A DNA stretch of 64,000 bases from an uncultured delta proteobacterium (GCA_963845145.1 CAWJQU010000002.1:576001-640000); one strand, 5' to 3'; counted from the stretch's first letter, positions 50,063-60,962 are shown. Notes: generated by a model not told the origin, from the sequence alone. Program-made: numbers and translations.

Positions 50063-52783
50063 ATGAATTTACCCGAGACCTTAAACATCGCGTACATCGA
50101 CAGCGCTTATCAGCGCTGGAAATCTGATCCTAAATCCGTTTCACGGGACTGGCAGTTTTTTTTCCGGGGGTTTGAAATGGCCGGTGAGGGAATACCCCGC
50201 GCTGAAGCCGTGGCCGGCGATGCCGATCACGCGTTGGATCAGGCACGGGTGGCAATGCTTATCGATCGTTACCGGGAGCTTGGCCATTTACTGGCCTGCA
50301 TGGACCCTTTATCCCCCTGCCCCACCGACCACCCCCTTTTAAACCTTAACGCGTTTGATTTATCGCATGATGATTTGAAGAAAACTTTTTTTACCCCGCA
50401 ATTTTCAAAAATGTCCAGCGCCACTTTGGGAGATATCGTCAAACTGCTCAAGGAAACCTATTGCCGTGCCATCGGCGTTGAATACATGCATCTTCAAGAC
50501 CCGCATGAGCGCCAGTGGCTCCAGGATCGCATGGAGCCGAATCGAAACCGTCCGGATTTAAGTGCCGATCAGAAGATACGCATTTTGAATTTGTTGATCG
50601 GCTCTTCAATGTTCGAAAATTTTTTAAACAAAAAATACGTCGGTATCACCCGGTTCTCCCTTGAAGGCGGAGATGCTATTATTCCGCTGCTTGATACTCT
50701 GGTTACGAATACTGCTGCCGCCGGATGCCAAGAAATCATCCTGGGGATGGCCCACCGCGGCCGCTTGAACATACAGACCAACATTCTTAAACGACCCTAT
50801 GAAGAGATATTCGAAGAATTTGAAAGTTGCTATGATCCGAACCAGTTGCTGGGAACCGGTGATGTCAAATACCATAACGGATATATCGCCGACCTTGAAA
50901 CCACCACCGGCCGTCCCATGCGGATTTTTCTGGTCAATAATCCCAGCCATCTCGAAGCCGTTGATCCCGTGGTCGAGGGGATTACCAGGGCCCGGCAGGA
51001 AATGCATCCAACCGAAAACAACCGCATTATCCCATTTTTAATCCACGGCGATGCGGCCTTCGCCGGTCAAGGTGTCGTCACCGAAACGCTGAATATGTCC
51101 CAACTGGCCGGATATCAGACAGGCGGCACGATCCATATCGTCATTAACAACCAGATCGGCTATACGACCTTACCGGAAGATGCCCGCTCCACGCGCTATT
51201 CCACCGATGTTGCCAAAATGCTGATGGTGCCGATCTTCCATGTCCATGGTGAAAAACCCGAGGCCATCGCCCATGTGGCCCGATTGGCCGCCGATTATCG
51301 CAACACCTTTAAAAAGGATGTCGTGATCGATGTGATATGCTATCGCCGATTTGGACACAATGAAGGCGATGAGCCCTATTTTACCCAGCCGACCATGTAC
51401 GATCGCATTCGTGAGCGGCCTTCCTTGGACGATCTTTACGCCGGGCAACTGCTTGAAGAAAATCGAATCCAACCACAAGAAATCGAGAAGATTAAAAACG
51501 AGATTATTGAGAAGCTCGAGGCGGCCTACCAGGAAATTCATGGCAGTACCTGCGCTTTTCCTGAATCCCGCTATTATGAAAACTGGGACGGCTTTCACGG
51601 GGACTACTCCCACCGTTCAGTAAAGACGACGGTTTCCAAAACCGGGCTCATCGAACTTGCTAAAAAGCTTACCCAGGTCCCCCAGGACTTTAACCTTCAT
51701 CCCAAAATCAAACGAATGCTGGATAAACGATTGGCCTCCGTGGAAAATGGCGCCGGAATCGATTGGGCCAATGCCGAGGCACTGGCCTTTGCATCCTTGC
51801 TGTCAGACGGTGTACCGATTCGATTAAGCGGCCAGGATGTCGGGCGGGGAACATTCAGTCAACGCCACAGTGTCCTCACCGACACGAAAACCGGCCACCA
51901 ATTTACTCCTCTGACCGCTATCGGTGGTCAACCCGACCAATTTACGGTTTACAACAGCCATCTTTCCGAAGTGGGAGTGTTAGGCTTTGAATATGGCTAC
52001 GCGCTGGCCCAACCCCGGGGCCTGACGATATGGGAAGCCCAGTTCGGGGATTTCGTCAACAATGCCCAGGCAACCATCGATCTGTTTATTGCCAGCGGAG
52101 AATCAAAATGGCAGCGCCTTTGCGGGCTGGTTATGCTGTTACCCCATGGGCTCGAAGGCCTGGGACCTGAACATTCCAGCGCCCGGTTAGAGCGTTTTTT
52201 GCAATTGTGTGCTGATGACAATCTGCAGGTCTGTAACCTCACGACACCGGCGCAGTATTTTCATTTGTTGAGACGCCAGGCCATAGTAAAATATCGCAAA
52301 CCGCTGATTCTTATGACGCCCAAGAGTTTACTAAGGCATCCCCGGGCAGTTTCAAACGTGTCCGAAATGACAAGCGGCTCGTATCAGACCGTATTGGATG
52401 ACCCTGACCCACCTGAAAAACCGCAGCAGGTACTGTTTTGCAGCGGAAAAATCTATTACCAATTGCTTCAACGGCGACAGGATTTGGAGACAACCGATAA
52501 AGTCATCATTCGTTTGGAGCAATTGTACCCTTTCCCTGAAGATCGAATCAAACAGGTCCTTAAGCCATATAAAACGGTTAAAGCCTGGGCTTGGGTCCAG
52601 GAAGAACCGGCAAATATGGGAGCCTGGCAGTTTGTAAGGCACCGGTTAGAAGACCTCATCGGAAAACCGGTTAAATATATCGGCCGAATCCCCGCGACCA
52701 GCCCGGCCTCTGGGTTTCCCGTGATATACAAACAGAAACAAGAGGCGATTAGCGATGAGGCGATAGGAAAGAAAGAAGCGTGA
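50063..52783 (+). CDS. sucA: 2-oxoglutarate dehydrogenase E1
   Basis: 'RFSLEGG', 'GMAHRGRLN', 'NPSHLE', TPP motif 'HGDAAFAGQG..NNQIG' and 'WEAQFGDF'. Confidence 0.96.
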   Translation: MNLPETLNIAYIDSAYQRWKSDPKSVSRDWQFFFRGFEMAGEGIPRAEAVAGDADHALDQARVAMLIDRYRELGHLLACMDPLSPCPTDHPLLNLNAFDLSHDDLKKTFFTPQFSKMSSATLGDIVKLLKETYCRAIGVEYMHLQDPHERQWLQDRMEPNRNRPDLSADQKIRILNLLIGSSMFENFLNKKYVGITRFSLEGGDAIIPLLDTLVTNTAAAGCQEIILGMAHRGRLNIQTNILKRPYEEIFEEFESCYDPNQLLGTGDVKYHNGYIADLETTTGRPMRIFLVNNPSHLEAVDPVVEGITRARQEMHPTENNRIIPFLIHGDAAFAGQGVVTETLNMSQLAGYQTGGTIHIVINNQIGYTTLPEDARSTRYSTDVAKMLMVPIFHVHGEKPEAIAHVARLAADYRNTFKKDVVIDVICYRRFGHNEGDEPYFTQPTMYDRIRERPSLDDLYAGQLLEENRIQPQEIEKIKNEIIEKLEAAYQEIHGSTCAFPESRYYENWDGFHGDYSHRSVKTTVSKTGLIELAKKLTQVPQDFNLHPKIKRMLDKRLASVENGAGIDWANAEALAFASLLSDGVPIRLSGQDVGRGTFSQRHSVLTDTKTGHQFTPLTAIGGQPDQFTVYNSHLSEVGVLGFEYGYALAQPRGLTIWEAQFGDFVNNAQATIDLFIASGESKWQRLCGLVMLLPHGLEGLGPEHSSARLERFLQLCADDNLQVCNLTTPAQYFHLLRRQAIVKYRKPLILMTPKSLLRHPRAVSNVSEMTSGSYQTVLDDPDPPEKPQQVLFCSGKIYYQLLQRRQDLETTDKVIIRLEQLYPFPEDRIKQVLKPYKTVKAWAWVQEEPANMGAWQFVRHRLEDLIGKPVKYIGRIPATSPASGFPVIYKQKQEAISDEAIGKKEA

Positions 52784-52865
52784 AGCCAGACCATTCTTTA
52801 CCAGACCATTTCTTTAATGGTATGGTTTGTAGCCATTGTGAAACAATCAAACGTCAGGAGTCATT

Positions 52866-54140
52866 ATGACTATCGAGATTAAAATCCCCCACGTCGGGGA
52901 ATCGGTCCAGGAAGCGGTTCTGGCCGAATGGTTTAAACAAGACGGAGATTCCGTTAACAAAGACGAACCCTTGTTTGTCATCGAAACCGACAAAGTAACA
53001 CTGGAGATCGCGGCCGAGCTAGCCGGCGTGTTGAAAATTTTGACTCCTGAAGGAGAAACTGTGGCCATCGGCGCCGTGGTCGGAACGATTGAGCCTGCCA
53101 CCGGGGCAGACACCGCCAAAACGCCACCTCCCGCTGATGTTCAGAAGCCAAGTCCGCCACCCGAGACCCGGCCCGAACCGGTGCCTCAACCCAGCCCTTC
53201 CAAACCCGCTCAACCCGTATTGAGTGCTGGGGAAACTGTCGCATCCCTACCCCTGGCCCCATCCGTCAGGCGCCTGGTGGCGGAAAAAAATGTGGATGTC
53301 AACCAGATCAAAGGAACCGGGCCCGGGAGTCGGGTCAGTAAAGGCGATGTGCTGCTCTACCTGGAAGCCCGCGAAACAGGATCGCCGGAAACATCGGCCC
53401 CACCCGTCTCGCCGGCGACATCTTTACCGGCTTCTGATGAGTCAATGACCGTGCGCAAGCCCATGTCGCCCATTCGAAAAAGGATCGCCGCCCGTCTTTT
53501 GGAATCCAAGCAAAATACGGCCATGCTGACGACGTTCAACGAGATCGATATGAGCCGAAGCATGGCCATTCGTTCCCAATACAAGGCGTCCTTTGAAAAA
53601 AAATTCGGTGTTTCTCTGGGGTTTATGTCTTTTTTCATCAAGGCCTGTGTGGAAGCCCTCAAAGAAATTCCGGGAATCAACGCGTTCATCGACGGCGATG
53701 ACTTGATTTATCATGAATACCAACACATCGGGGTGGCTATCGGATCCGACCGGGGCCTGGTAGTGCCGGTGATTCGTCATGCCGAAAAGTTGAATTTCGC
53801 CGGTATCGAGCAGGCCATTGTCGACTATGTCGCCAAAATAAAAACCAATCGCCTGGAATTGGCCGATTTGGAAGGCGGCACATTCACCGTCAGCAACGGC
53901 GGTGTCTACGGCTCCTTGCTCAGCACGCCGATCCTAAACACGCCCCAAAGCGGCATTCTGGGGATGCATAAAATTGAAAAACGTCCCATTGTGGTTGATG
54001 ATGAAATCGTGATTCGCCCCATGATGTATGTGGCCCTAAGCTACGACCACCGCATCGTCGATGGCAGAGAAGCAGTCACCTTTTTAAAGCGCGTTAAGGA
54101 ATTTATCGAAAACCCGGAACGGATAGCCCTGGAGGTATAA
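52866..54140 (+). CDS. sucB: Dihydrolipoyllysine succinyltransferase E2
   Basis: Lipoyl 'IETDKV', Pro-rich linker, 'AMLTTFNE' and 'LSYDHRIVDG'. Confidence 0.96.
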   Translation: MTIEIKIPHVGESVQEAVLAEWFKQDGDSVNKDEPLFVIETDKVTLEIAAELAGVLKILTPEGETVAIGAVVGTIEPATGADTAKTPPPADVQKPSPPPETRPEPVPQPSPSKPAQPVLSAGETVASLPLAPSVRRLVAEKNVDVNQIKGTGPGSRVSKGDVLLYLEARETGSPETSAPPVSPATSLPASDESMTVRKPMSPIRKRIAARLLESKQNTAMLTTFNEIDMSRSMAIRSQYKASFEKKFGVSLGFMSFFIKACVEALKEIPGINAFIDGDDLIYHEYQHIGVAIGSDRGLVVPVIRHAEKLNFAGIEQAIVDYVAKIKTNRLELADLEGGTFTVSNGGVYGSLLSTPILNTPQSGILGMHKIEKRPIVVDDEIVIRPMMYVALSYDHRIVDGREAVTFLKRVKEFIENPERIALEV

Positions 54141-54142
54141 AT

Positions 54143-55555
54143 ATGACGACCCAAACGGTGTACGATCTCATCATTATCGGTTCCGGACCCGGTGGCTATG
54201 TGGCGGCCGTGCGAGCGACACAGCTCGGGTTAAAAACAGCTTGCATCGAAAAGTCACCCCGCCTCGGGGGGGTTTGTTTGAATGTCGGCTGTATTCCCAG
54301 CAAGGCCCTGCTGGATTCCAGCGAATATTACCACCTGGCCAAGACGCATTTTGCCGATCACGGCATTAAAACCGGCCGCATCGCCCTGGACCTTCCGGCG
54401 GTGATGGCCCGCAAAGATAAAGTCGTGGAAGACCTGACCGAAAACGTCAAAAAACTGCTGGAGGGTAACGGGGTTGATCTTTTCCAGGGGACGGCCGGCC
54501 TCGAAGGAGAAGGCCGGGTTAAAATCACGGCCAAAGGGAAAAAAGCCAAAATCCTGGAGGGAAAAAACATCTTGCTGGCCACCGGCAGTGCGCCTATTGA
54601 AGTGCCGGGTCTTCCCTTTGACGGGGACCGTATCGTCGACTCTACCGATGCCCTGAGTTTGCCATCGGTTCCCAAACATTTAGGGATTGTAGGCGGTGGC
54701 TATATCGGATTGGAGTTGGGTTCGGTTTGGCGACGTTACGGGGCCAAAGTGACCGTCCTTGAAATGTTACCCAAAATTGCCACAACGCTCGATGGCCAGG
54801 TGGCCCGAACCCTGGATCGCATCCTTCGCAAGCAGGGGTTTGAATTTCGCATGAACACCAAAGTGACCCGAGCCAAGGTGGACAAAACCAAGGTTAAGAT
54901 CACCATGGAAACCCAGGGGAAAGCGTCCCATTTAACCGTCGACCGGCTCCTGGTTTCCGTGGGACGGCGCCCGCTAACCGCAGGCTTGGGACTTGAAAAA
55001 ATTGGCGTCGGCACGGACCCGAATACCGGGCAGATTTTGGTAGACGAAACCTATCAAACCAATATCCCGGGCCTCTACGCCATTGGCGATTTGATTCCCG
55101 GGCCGATGCTGGCACACAAGGCGTCGGCAGAAGGCATTGCCGCCGTGGAATGTATCGCCGGGAACGCGGGTGAGGTTAACTATGACGCCATGCCGTCGGT
55201 GATATACACCTGGCCCGAAGTCGCCAGTGTCGGAATCACCGAAGAAGAGGCCAAAGCGCGAGAAATCCCCTATTGCATCGGTTCGTATCCTTTTTCGGGA
55301 ACCGGCCGAGCCCGCTGCATGGGCGAATCAGATGGATTTGTCAAGCTCATCGCCCACAGTAAAACCGACCGGATCCTGGGTGTCCATATCATCGGCCCCC
55401 GGGCAGCGGATATGATCGCCGAATGTGTGCTGGCCGTTGAATTTGGGGCTGCTTCGGAAGATATCGCTCGAACCATTCACGGTCATCCGACTTTTGCAGA
55501 GGCCCTACAGGAAGCGGCTATGGGCGTACGGGAATGCTCCATCTATGCCTCCTGA
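54143..55555 (+). CDS. lpdA: Dihydrolipoyl dehydrogenase E3
   Basis: 'GSGPGGY', 'GGVCLNVGCIPSK', 'MLAHKA' and 'HPTFAE'. Confidence 0.96.
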   Translation: MTTQTVYDLIIIGSGPGGYVAAVRATQLGLKTACIEKSPRLGGVCLNVGCIPSKALLDSSEYYHLAKTHFADHGIKTGRIALDLPAVMARKDKVVEDLTENVKKLLEGNGVDLFQGTAGLEGEGRVKITAKGKKAKILEGKNILLATGSAPIEVPGLPFDGDRIVDSTDALSLPSVPKHLGIVGGGYIGLELGSVWRRYGAKVTVLEMLPKIATTLDGQVARTLDRILRKQGFEFRMNTKVTRAKVDKTKVKITMETQGKASHLTVDRLLVSVGRRPLTAGLGLEKIGVGTDPNTGQILVDETYQTNIPGLYAIGDLIPGPMLAHKASAEGIAAVECIAGNAGEVNYDAMPSVIYTWPEVASVGITEEEAKAREIPYCIGSYPFSGTGRARCMGESDGFVKLIAHSKTDRILGVHIIGPRAADMIAECVLAVEFGAASEDIARTIHGHPTFAEALQEAAMGVRECSIYAS

Positions 55556-55582
55556 TAAATCAGGTTAGGAGTAGAAAAAAAC

Positions 55583-56137
55583 ATGGAAATTAAAGTAAAT
55601 CATTCGCGTCTGGTTCACACCGGGCGCGTTTTCGATATCTATTCGGAAAATATCAGCACCGATACCGGTAAAAATTTCGACCTCGAGGTGATACGCCATC
55701 CTGGCGCCGCAGCCATTGTTCCCATTAAAGCGGACGGCACTATCCTGCTTTTAAGCCAATATCGCCACGCCGTCGGACAACGGATCTGGGAGATACCGGC
55801 CGGAACACTGGATCCTGATGAAAGCCCCGAGACGTGCGCTAAAAGAGAATTGGTGGAAGAAACAGGATATGCCGCCGAACGTTGGGCCAAACTGGGCGAA
55901 ATCACACCCTTACCGGGATATTCAGACGAACGTATTCACCTCTATCTCGCCGATCAGCTCACACCGGCCGTTCAGAACCTGGACGAGGACGAAATCCTTG
56001 AGGTCCACCAACGACCATTTAGCGAGGCGATAGAGATGATCCATACCGGCAAGATTCAGGATGCCAAGTCGATATGCGGTATTTTATTCGCGGCCCGACT
56101 GATGGATCATGCAAACGGGCACGGTGATACCGCCTGA
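55583..56137 (+). CDS. NUDIX hydrolase (ADP-ribose pyrophosphatase-like)
   Basis: Nudix box 'EIPAGTLDPDESPETCAKRELVEETGY'; 'QYRH'. Confidence 0.92.
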   Translation: MEIKVNHSRLVHTGRVFDIYSENISTDTGKNFDLEVIRHPGAAAIVPIKADGTILLLSQYRHAVGQRIWEIPAGTLDPDESPETCAKRELVEETGYAAERWAKLGEITPLPGYSDERIHLYLADQLTPAVQNLDEDEILEVHQRPFSEAIEMIHTGKIQDAKSICGILFAARLMDHANGHGDTA

Positions 56138-56172
56138 AAAATGGCTCTCCATAATAGCGGTTAAATGGCGTA

Positions 56173-56568
56173 CTAGTGATCGCAACAGCCATCCCCGCAC
56201 CCGGCAATACCGGCCAGGCCTCGCACAACCTCTCGACTCGAGGCCGTCCGGACTTCGTCAACCTGCACATGCAAATAAAGCACTGCCAGATCGGCCGGTA
56301 ACAATACGGGCGGAAAGACCAAGTGCCCCATGAATTGCCTTTGGCCCTTGATCGGCATCGACATCTCAATCGTATCACCCTGCCCCTTGTCGATAAGCAT
56401 CTGTTCGAACGGACTGAGCCCCTCTGTGCCAAGGCCATGAATGAATTCAAATAAAAACGGTTGCGGGGTTAAATCCATCTGAACCGGGGTCGTCCCGGCG
56501 GCAATGGACAAGGTAACCTTCTTCATCGGCTCGATCCGTTGGGTGGATTCTCGTTTGTCACTGGCCAT
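56173..56568 (-). CDS. Small SlyD/FKBP-like protein with Cys/His tail
   Basis: 'FEFIHGLG..GLSPFEQML..K..GD' and 'VQVDEVRTAS..EV' resemble the SlyD FKBP halves; ends 'GCGDGCCDH'. Confidence 0.6.
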   Translation of the reverse strand: MASDKRESTQRIEPMKKVTLSIAAGTTPVQMDLTPQPFLFEFIHGLGTEGLSPFEQMLIDKGQGDTIEMSMPIKGQRQFMGHLVFPPVLLPADLAVLYLHVQVDEVRTASSREVVRGLAGIAGCGDGCCDH

Positions 56569-57538
56569 ACTTTTCGTCCTTTACTATTACCTTTTTACGG
56601 TGACCATGCTGGTAGAGTACTGAATCGATGGAAAAAATCGCCAGTGCAACCCAAATTGCAATAAAGCTGATGAGTTGCGCTTTTTCAAAGGGCTCCTGAT
56701 ACAGAAAAACGGCCAGTATGAATGCACACGTCGGCATAATATATTGTAAAAATCCCACAGTTGAAAGATTAAGACGGCGGGCACCGAAAGTAAACAGCAA
56801 TAAAGGAGGCGCCGTAGGTAATACGGTACCGATCAAGATAAGACTCACCGCCCACCCGCCTTGCCAAAAAATTCCGGTGCCGTTGATATTGAGCCAGAGC
56901 AGATAACCCACGGCCGGAATGAACAAAAAAAACGTCTCCACAGCCAGACCGACCAGCGCACCGACCCCCACCATTTTACGAATCAAGCCATAAAGGCCGA
57001 AGCTAATTGCCAAAGTGAGCGCCACCCAGGGAATTCGGCCAAAATGCATCGTCAGGTAGCAAACGGCACCAGTCACCAAAATAACGGCCAGGATTTGCGC
57101 CCGCCGCAAACGCTCCTTTAAGAAGAGCGTGCCTAATAAGACATTGACCAATGGGCAAATGAAATACCCCAAACTGGCCTGAAGGACCTGATCATGGGTA
57201 ACCGCCCAGATATAAATCAACCAATTAAGCGCCACCATAAGCGTGGAGCCCGCCAGCAGCAGCAGCACAAATCGATCTTTTATGATGATGCGGAGTTCAT
57301 CGCGGCCCAAAAACCAGACCATGGGTGCCAAAAGTACAACGGACCAGACAATACGGTGCATCAGGATTTCAAGCGCCGGAACCGCCGTCAGCAACTTCCA
57401 GTAAATTGGACTGGCGCCCCAGATAGAAAAGGATGCCGCACCAGCAATCAAGCCGGCTATCTTGGAACGAACCAAAGATGATGAATCGCCATCGGGTTCA
57501 GCATGGGGGAGAGGATGGTTTGGCTTGTCATTGGACAT
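56558..57538 (-). CDS. rarD: EamA-family transporter RarD
   Basis: 'EILMHRIVWS', 'QASLGYFICPL', 'SFGLYGLIRK' and 'GFLQYIMPT'. Confidence 0.9.
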   Translation of the reverse strand: MSNDKPNHPLPHAEPDGDSSSLVRSKIAGLIAGAASFSIWGASPIYWKLLTAVPALEILMHRIVWSVVLLAPMVWFLGRDELRIIIKDRFVLLLLAGSTLMVALNWLIYIWAVTHDQVLQASLGYFICPLVNVLLGTLFLKERLRRAQILAVILVTGAVCYLTMHFGRIPWVALTLAISFGLYGLIRKMVGVGALVGLAVETFFLFIPAVGYLLWLNINGTGIFWQGGWAVSLILIGTVLPTAPPLLLFTFGARRLNLSTVGFLQYIMPTCAFILAVFLYQEPFEKAQLISFIAIWVALAIFSIDSVLYQHGHRKKVIVKDEKYGQ

Positions 57539-57593
57539 GCAACCGTCTATATATCAGGTACCCCCCATCTCACAACAAAGAAAGGGTATTAAA

Positions 57594-58073
57594 ATGGCAG
57601 GTATTGCCATCCAGGATTGTTACCCCGACGATATCGCCATCTGCTATGGCTGCGGTAGAAACAACCCCAAGGGGTGGCATATTCGAACCCAATGGGATGG
57701 CAAGCAAGGCATTCTGCGGTTTACGCCGGATGAAGCACATACAGCGTTTCCGGGAATCGTTTACGGCGGTCTTATCGCTGGCTTGATCGATTGCCACAGT
57801 GTCGGCACGGCCGTGGCGGCTATGTACGATGCCGAGGAAAGAGAACCCGGCTCATCGCCGCCCATCCTTTGCGTGACAGGAAATCTGAATGTAACCTATC
57901 TGAAACCGACGCCATTGGGTCACGAATTGATACTGCGTGCCAACGTTCAAGAACTCAAAGCCAAAAAGGCCATCGTCCACTGCACGTTAACGGTTATGGG
58001 TGAAACGTGTGCCAAAGGCGAAGTGGTGGCAATTCGTGTACCACCGGAACGCCTGAAACCACAGCAGGGATAA
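57594..58073 (+). CDS. PaaI-family (hot-dog) thioesterase
   Basis: 'CYGCGRNNPKG', 'GIVYGGLIAGLIDCH' and 'VTGNLNVTYLKPTP'. Start at ATG 57594. Confidence 0.88.
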   Translation: MAGIAIQDCYPDDIAICYGCGRNNPKGWHIRTQWDGKQGILRFTPDEAHTAFPGIVYGGLIAGLIDCHSVGTAVAAMYDAEEREPGSSPPILCVTGNLNVTYLKPTPLGHELILRANVQELKAKKAIVHCTLTVMGETCAKGEVVAIRVPPERLKPQQG

Positions 58074-58104
58074 CGCAACACCCTTTAAAAAAGGGATAGA
58101 ACCC

Positions 58105-58884
58105 ATGTCTGATTTGATTGTTACCCTTTTTCAGTCCAACCTTATCTGGGAAGACAAAAAGGCCAATATTGATGCATTTGATGAAAAAATTCGGAATCTA
58201 CCCGGACGACGCGATCTGATAATCCTTCCGGAAATGTTTTCGACTGGATTCTCTATGAATGCCGCTGATCTAGCCGAAACCATGACTGGAACCACAATCA
58301 CATGGATGACAGAGACGGCCCGTTATTGTGGGGTGAACATTACCGGAAGCGTGATCATCAACGAAGGTGACCACTATTACAACCGCTTAATCTGGGTGGG
58401 ACCCAACGGCGAGCGATTTACCTACGACAAGCGGCACCTGTTTCGCTATGCCAACGAGCATCGTACCTATCACGCCGGAAACAGGCATCTGACCATACCC
58501 TTAAACGGTTGGCGAATCCGCCCCTTTATCTGCTACGATTTGCGATTTCCGGTGTGGACCCGCAACGCAGACGATGGGTTTGATCTTGCCCTCTTCATCG
58601 CCAATTGGCCCCAACCCCGCGCAGCTCATTGGCAGGCGCTGCTTAAGGCCCGGGCAATCGAAAACCAGTCTTTTGTTATCGGTGTCAATCGTGTGGGGAT
58701 TGACGGCAACGGCCTCCAATACAGCGGCGACTCAACCGTGATCGATCCTACCGGCCGGATCCACTTTCATGCCGCCCACCAGGAAGTCGTACATACATCC
58801 CGCTTATCCTACCGTGATCTTCAAACCTATCGTGACACTTTTCCGGCCCTAAGCGATTCGGATCCATTTCACATCGACCCATAA
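58105..58884 (+). CDS. Carbon-nitrogen hydrolase (omega-amidase YafV/Nit2-like)
   Basis: E-K-C triad 'LPEMFSTGF', 'YDKRHLF', 'ICYDLRFP'; 'ARAIENQ'. Confidence 0.92.
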   Translation: MSDLIVTLFQSNLIWEDKKANIDAFDEKIRNLPGRRDLIILPEMFSTGFSMNAADLAETMTGTTITWMTETARYCGVNITGSVIINEGDHYYNRLIWVGPNGERFTYDKRHLFRYANEHRTYHAGNRHLTIPLNGWRIRPFICYDLRFPVWTRNADDGFDLALFIANWPQPRAAHWQALLKARAIENQSFVIGVNRVGIDGNGLQYSGDSTVIDPTGRIHFHAAHQEVVHTSRLSYRDLQTYRDTFPALSDSDPFHIDP

Positions 58885-58887
58885 AGC

Positions 58888-58926
58888 AAAAAGGCCCCGG
58901 CAAATAGTATGCGCGGGGCCTAATTT
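58888..58926. terminator. Probable bidirectional terminator between convergent amidohydrolase and fhs
   Basis: aggccccg (58892-58899) / cggggcct (58914-58921) stem with an A-run on the left (U-tract for fhs). Confidence 0.7.
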
Positions 58927-58947
58927 AGTGGTTTTGTGTGATAACGC

Positions 58948-60711
58948 TTAGAACAGTCCGGTAACCTTTCCGCTTTCCGGATCAACGTCCACGCGGCGGT
59001 AGGCCGGGTTGGAGCCGGTACCCGGCATCAGGCTGATGGGGCCTGCGCAAGGGCAAAGGAACTTGGCGCCAGAGTAGATCAGCACGTCGCGAATGGGCAG
59101 CGTCCAGCCCTTGGGCGCCCCTTTGATGGTCTTATCGTGGCTGAGGCTCTCATGCGTCTTGACCATCATGGTGGCGAAGTCGTCGTACTGGGAATCGTTT
59201 TCCAGCATCTTAGCCTTGGCCTCGGCCCCGGCTTCCCAGGAGACGCCGTCGGCACCGTAAACTTCCTTGGCGATGAGTTCGACGCGGTCGCGCAGCTTCG
59301 TTTCCAGCGGGTAGAGGAATTTGAAATCGTTTTCCTCTTCACAGGCGTCGATGACGGCATCGGCGAATTCCAGGGCGCCTTCGCCGCCCTTTTCCCAGTG
59401 CTTGGACTCGGCGCAACGGGCGCCGGCAGCCTCAGCGGCCTTGCGGATGACGTCGCACTCGGCGTCGGTGTCAGTGTAAAAACGGTTGATACAGACCACC
59501 GGGTTGATACCGGCCTTGCGGATGGTGTTGATGTGATGCACCATGTTCGCGCAACCCTTTTCCACCCACTCCAGGTTTTCCTTGGTGTAATCGTCCGGCA
59601 GGGCTTTACCGGTCACGACCGTGGGGCCGCCGCCGTGCATCTTCAGGGCGCGGATAGTGGTGGTCAGAACCGAGACGTGCGGCTTGAGGCCGGAGAAGCG
59701 GCTCTTGACGTTCCAGAACTTCTCGAAGCCGATGTCGGCGCCGAACCCGGACTCGGTGACGTGGTAGTCGAAAAGTTTCAGACCAACGCGGTCGGCGATA
59801 ATGGAGCTCTGGCCCACAGCGATGTTGGCGAACGGTCCGGCGTGCACCAGGCAGGGGTTGTACTCGGCGGTGCACATCATGGTCGGATTGATGGTGTTGC
59901 GCATGAAGGCCGTCATGGCGTTGCCGACTTCCAGGTCGCCGGTGGTGACTGGTTTGCCGCTCTTGTCGAAGGCCACGGTGATATTGTTGAGGCGCTCTTT
60001 CAGGTCGGCCAGGTCGCGGATCACCGATAGGATGGCCATACACTCCGAACCCACCGCGATGCCGAACTTGGACTGCATGGTGAAGCCGTCGAAGCGGCCG
60101 CCGATGCCGATGATGATATTGCGCAGCGACTGGGCACAGAAGTCGATAATCCATCCCAGCTCCACGCGGGTGGGGTCGATGTCCAGACGACGCATGCCGG
60201 TCAGGCGGGCCAGCTGCTCGTCGTTGTAGTTGCGCTCGTGTTGCATGCGCGAGGTCATGGCCACCATGGCCAGGTTGTGGGCGTTCATGATGTCGTTGAT
60301 GTCGCCGGTGAGGCCCAGCGAGAATTCGGTCATGGGTATCAGAAGGGAGTTGCCGCCGCCGGCCGCAGTCCCCTTGACGTTCATGGTGGGACCGCCGGAG
60401 GGCTGACGCAGGGCGCCACCGACGTTCTTGCCACGTTTGCCCAGACCTTCCATCAGGCCGCAGGATGTTGTGGATTTACCTTCACCCAGCGGGGTCGGAG
60501 TGATGGCGGTGACTTCAATGTACTTGCCGTCGGGCCTGTCTTTCATTCGGTCGATAATCTTGAGAAAATCGAGCTTGCCCAGCCGGCCCATAGGCAGCAT
60601 CTCGTCTTTTTCCAGACCCAGTTTCTCGCACCATTCGTCCGGCGTCGGCATGTTCTTCTCTGCCGCTTCGGAAATCTGCCAATCCGCCATTTCTACTGCA
60701 TTGTAAGCCAT
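58948..60711 (-). CDS. fhs: Formate--tetrahydrofolate ligase
   Basis: '[15 protein letters not shown]', 'LRQPSGGPT', '[10 protein letters not shown]', '[15 protein letters not shown]' and 'ALKMHGG'. Confidence 0.97.
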   Translation of the reverse strand: MAYNAVEMADWQISEAAEKNMPTPDEWCEKLGLEKDEMLPMGRLGKLDFLKIIDRMKDRPDGKYIEVTAITPTPLGEGKSTTSCGLMEGLGKRGKNVGGALRQPSGGPTMNVKGTAAGGGNSLLIPMTEFSLGLTGDINDIMNAHNLAMVAMTSRMQHERNYNDEQLARLTGMRRLDIDPTRVELGWIIDFCAQSLRNIIIGIGGRFDGFTMQSKFGIAVGSECMAILSVIRDLADLKERLNNITVAFDKSGKPVTTGDLEVGNAMTAFMRNTINPTMMCTAEYNPCLVHAGPFANIAVGQSSIIADRVGLKLFDYHVTESGFGADIGFEKFWNVKSRFSGLKPHVSVLTTTIRALKMHGGGPTVVTGKALPDDYTKENLEWVEKGCANMVHHINTIRKAGINPVVCINRFYTDTDAECDVIRKAAEAAGARCAESKHWEKGGEGALEFADAVIDACEEENDFKFLYPLETKLRDRVELIAKEVYGADGVSWEAGAEAKAKMLENDSQYDDFATMMVKTHESLSHDKTIKGAPKGWTLPIRDVLIYSGAKFLCPCAGPISLMPGTGSNPAYRRVDVDPESGKVTGLF

Positions 60712-60873
60712 CGCCTCATTCCTCCTTTTGCTAATTATTAGATATATTATCGTACGATAAAACCAAACAGTTCGCTTAACCGATGATCTGCTTAGCGTGT
60801 CTTCAGGGTATGCTGAAAGTGACGATCCGCCTAACTAAAAAATAACCTTTTAATTGATCGCCTGAAAGAATTT

Positions 60874-60889
60874 TGCATATCAGGTGCCA
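60874..60889 (-). promoter_or_regulatory. Putative sigma54 promoter for fhs
   Basis: Minus strand TGGCACCTGATATGCA (TGGCAC start, GG-N10-GC spacing), about 160 nt upstream of the fhs ATG. Confidence 0.7.
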
Positions 60890-60962
60890 TAGATTTTAGC
60901 AAGAAAATATTTTCGCTAAAGGGACGGGTCTCTACCGGAAAATTTTTACAAAAATCGTTAAA

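Noticed and set aside
59137..60741. Long plus-strand ORFs opposite fhs
   Set aside because: These are antisense shadows caused by the strong codon bias of fhs.
60712..60870. ZTP or THF riboswitch in the fhs leader
   Set aside because: I could not find the conserved motifs by eye, only a small ttcag/ctgaa hairpin. An Rfam/Infernal scan would settle it.
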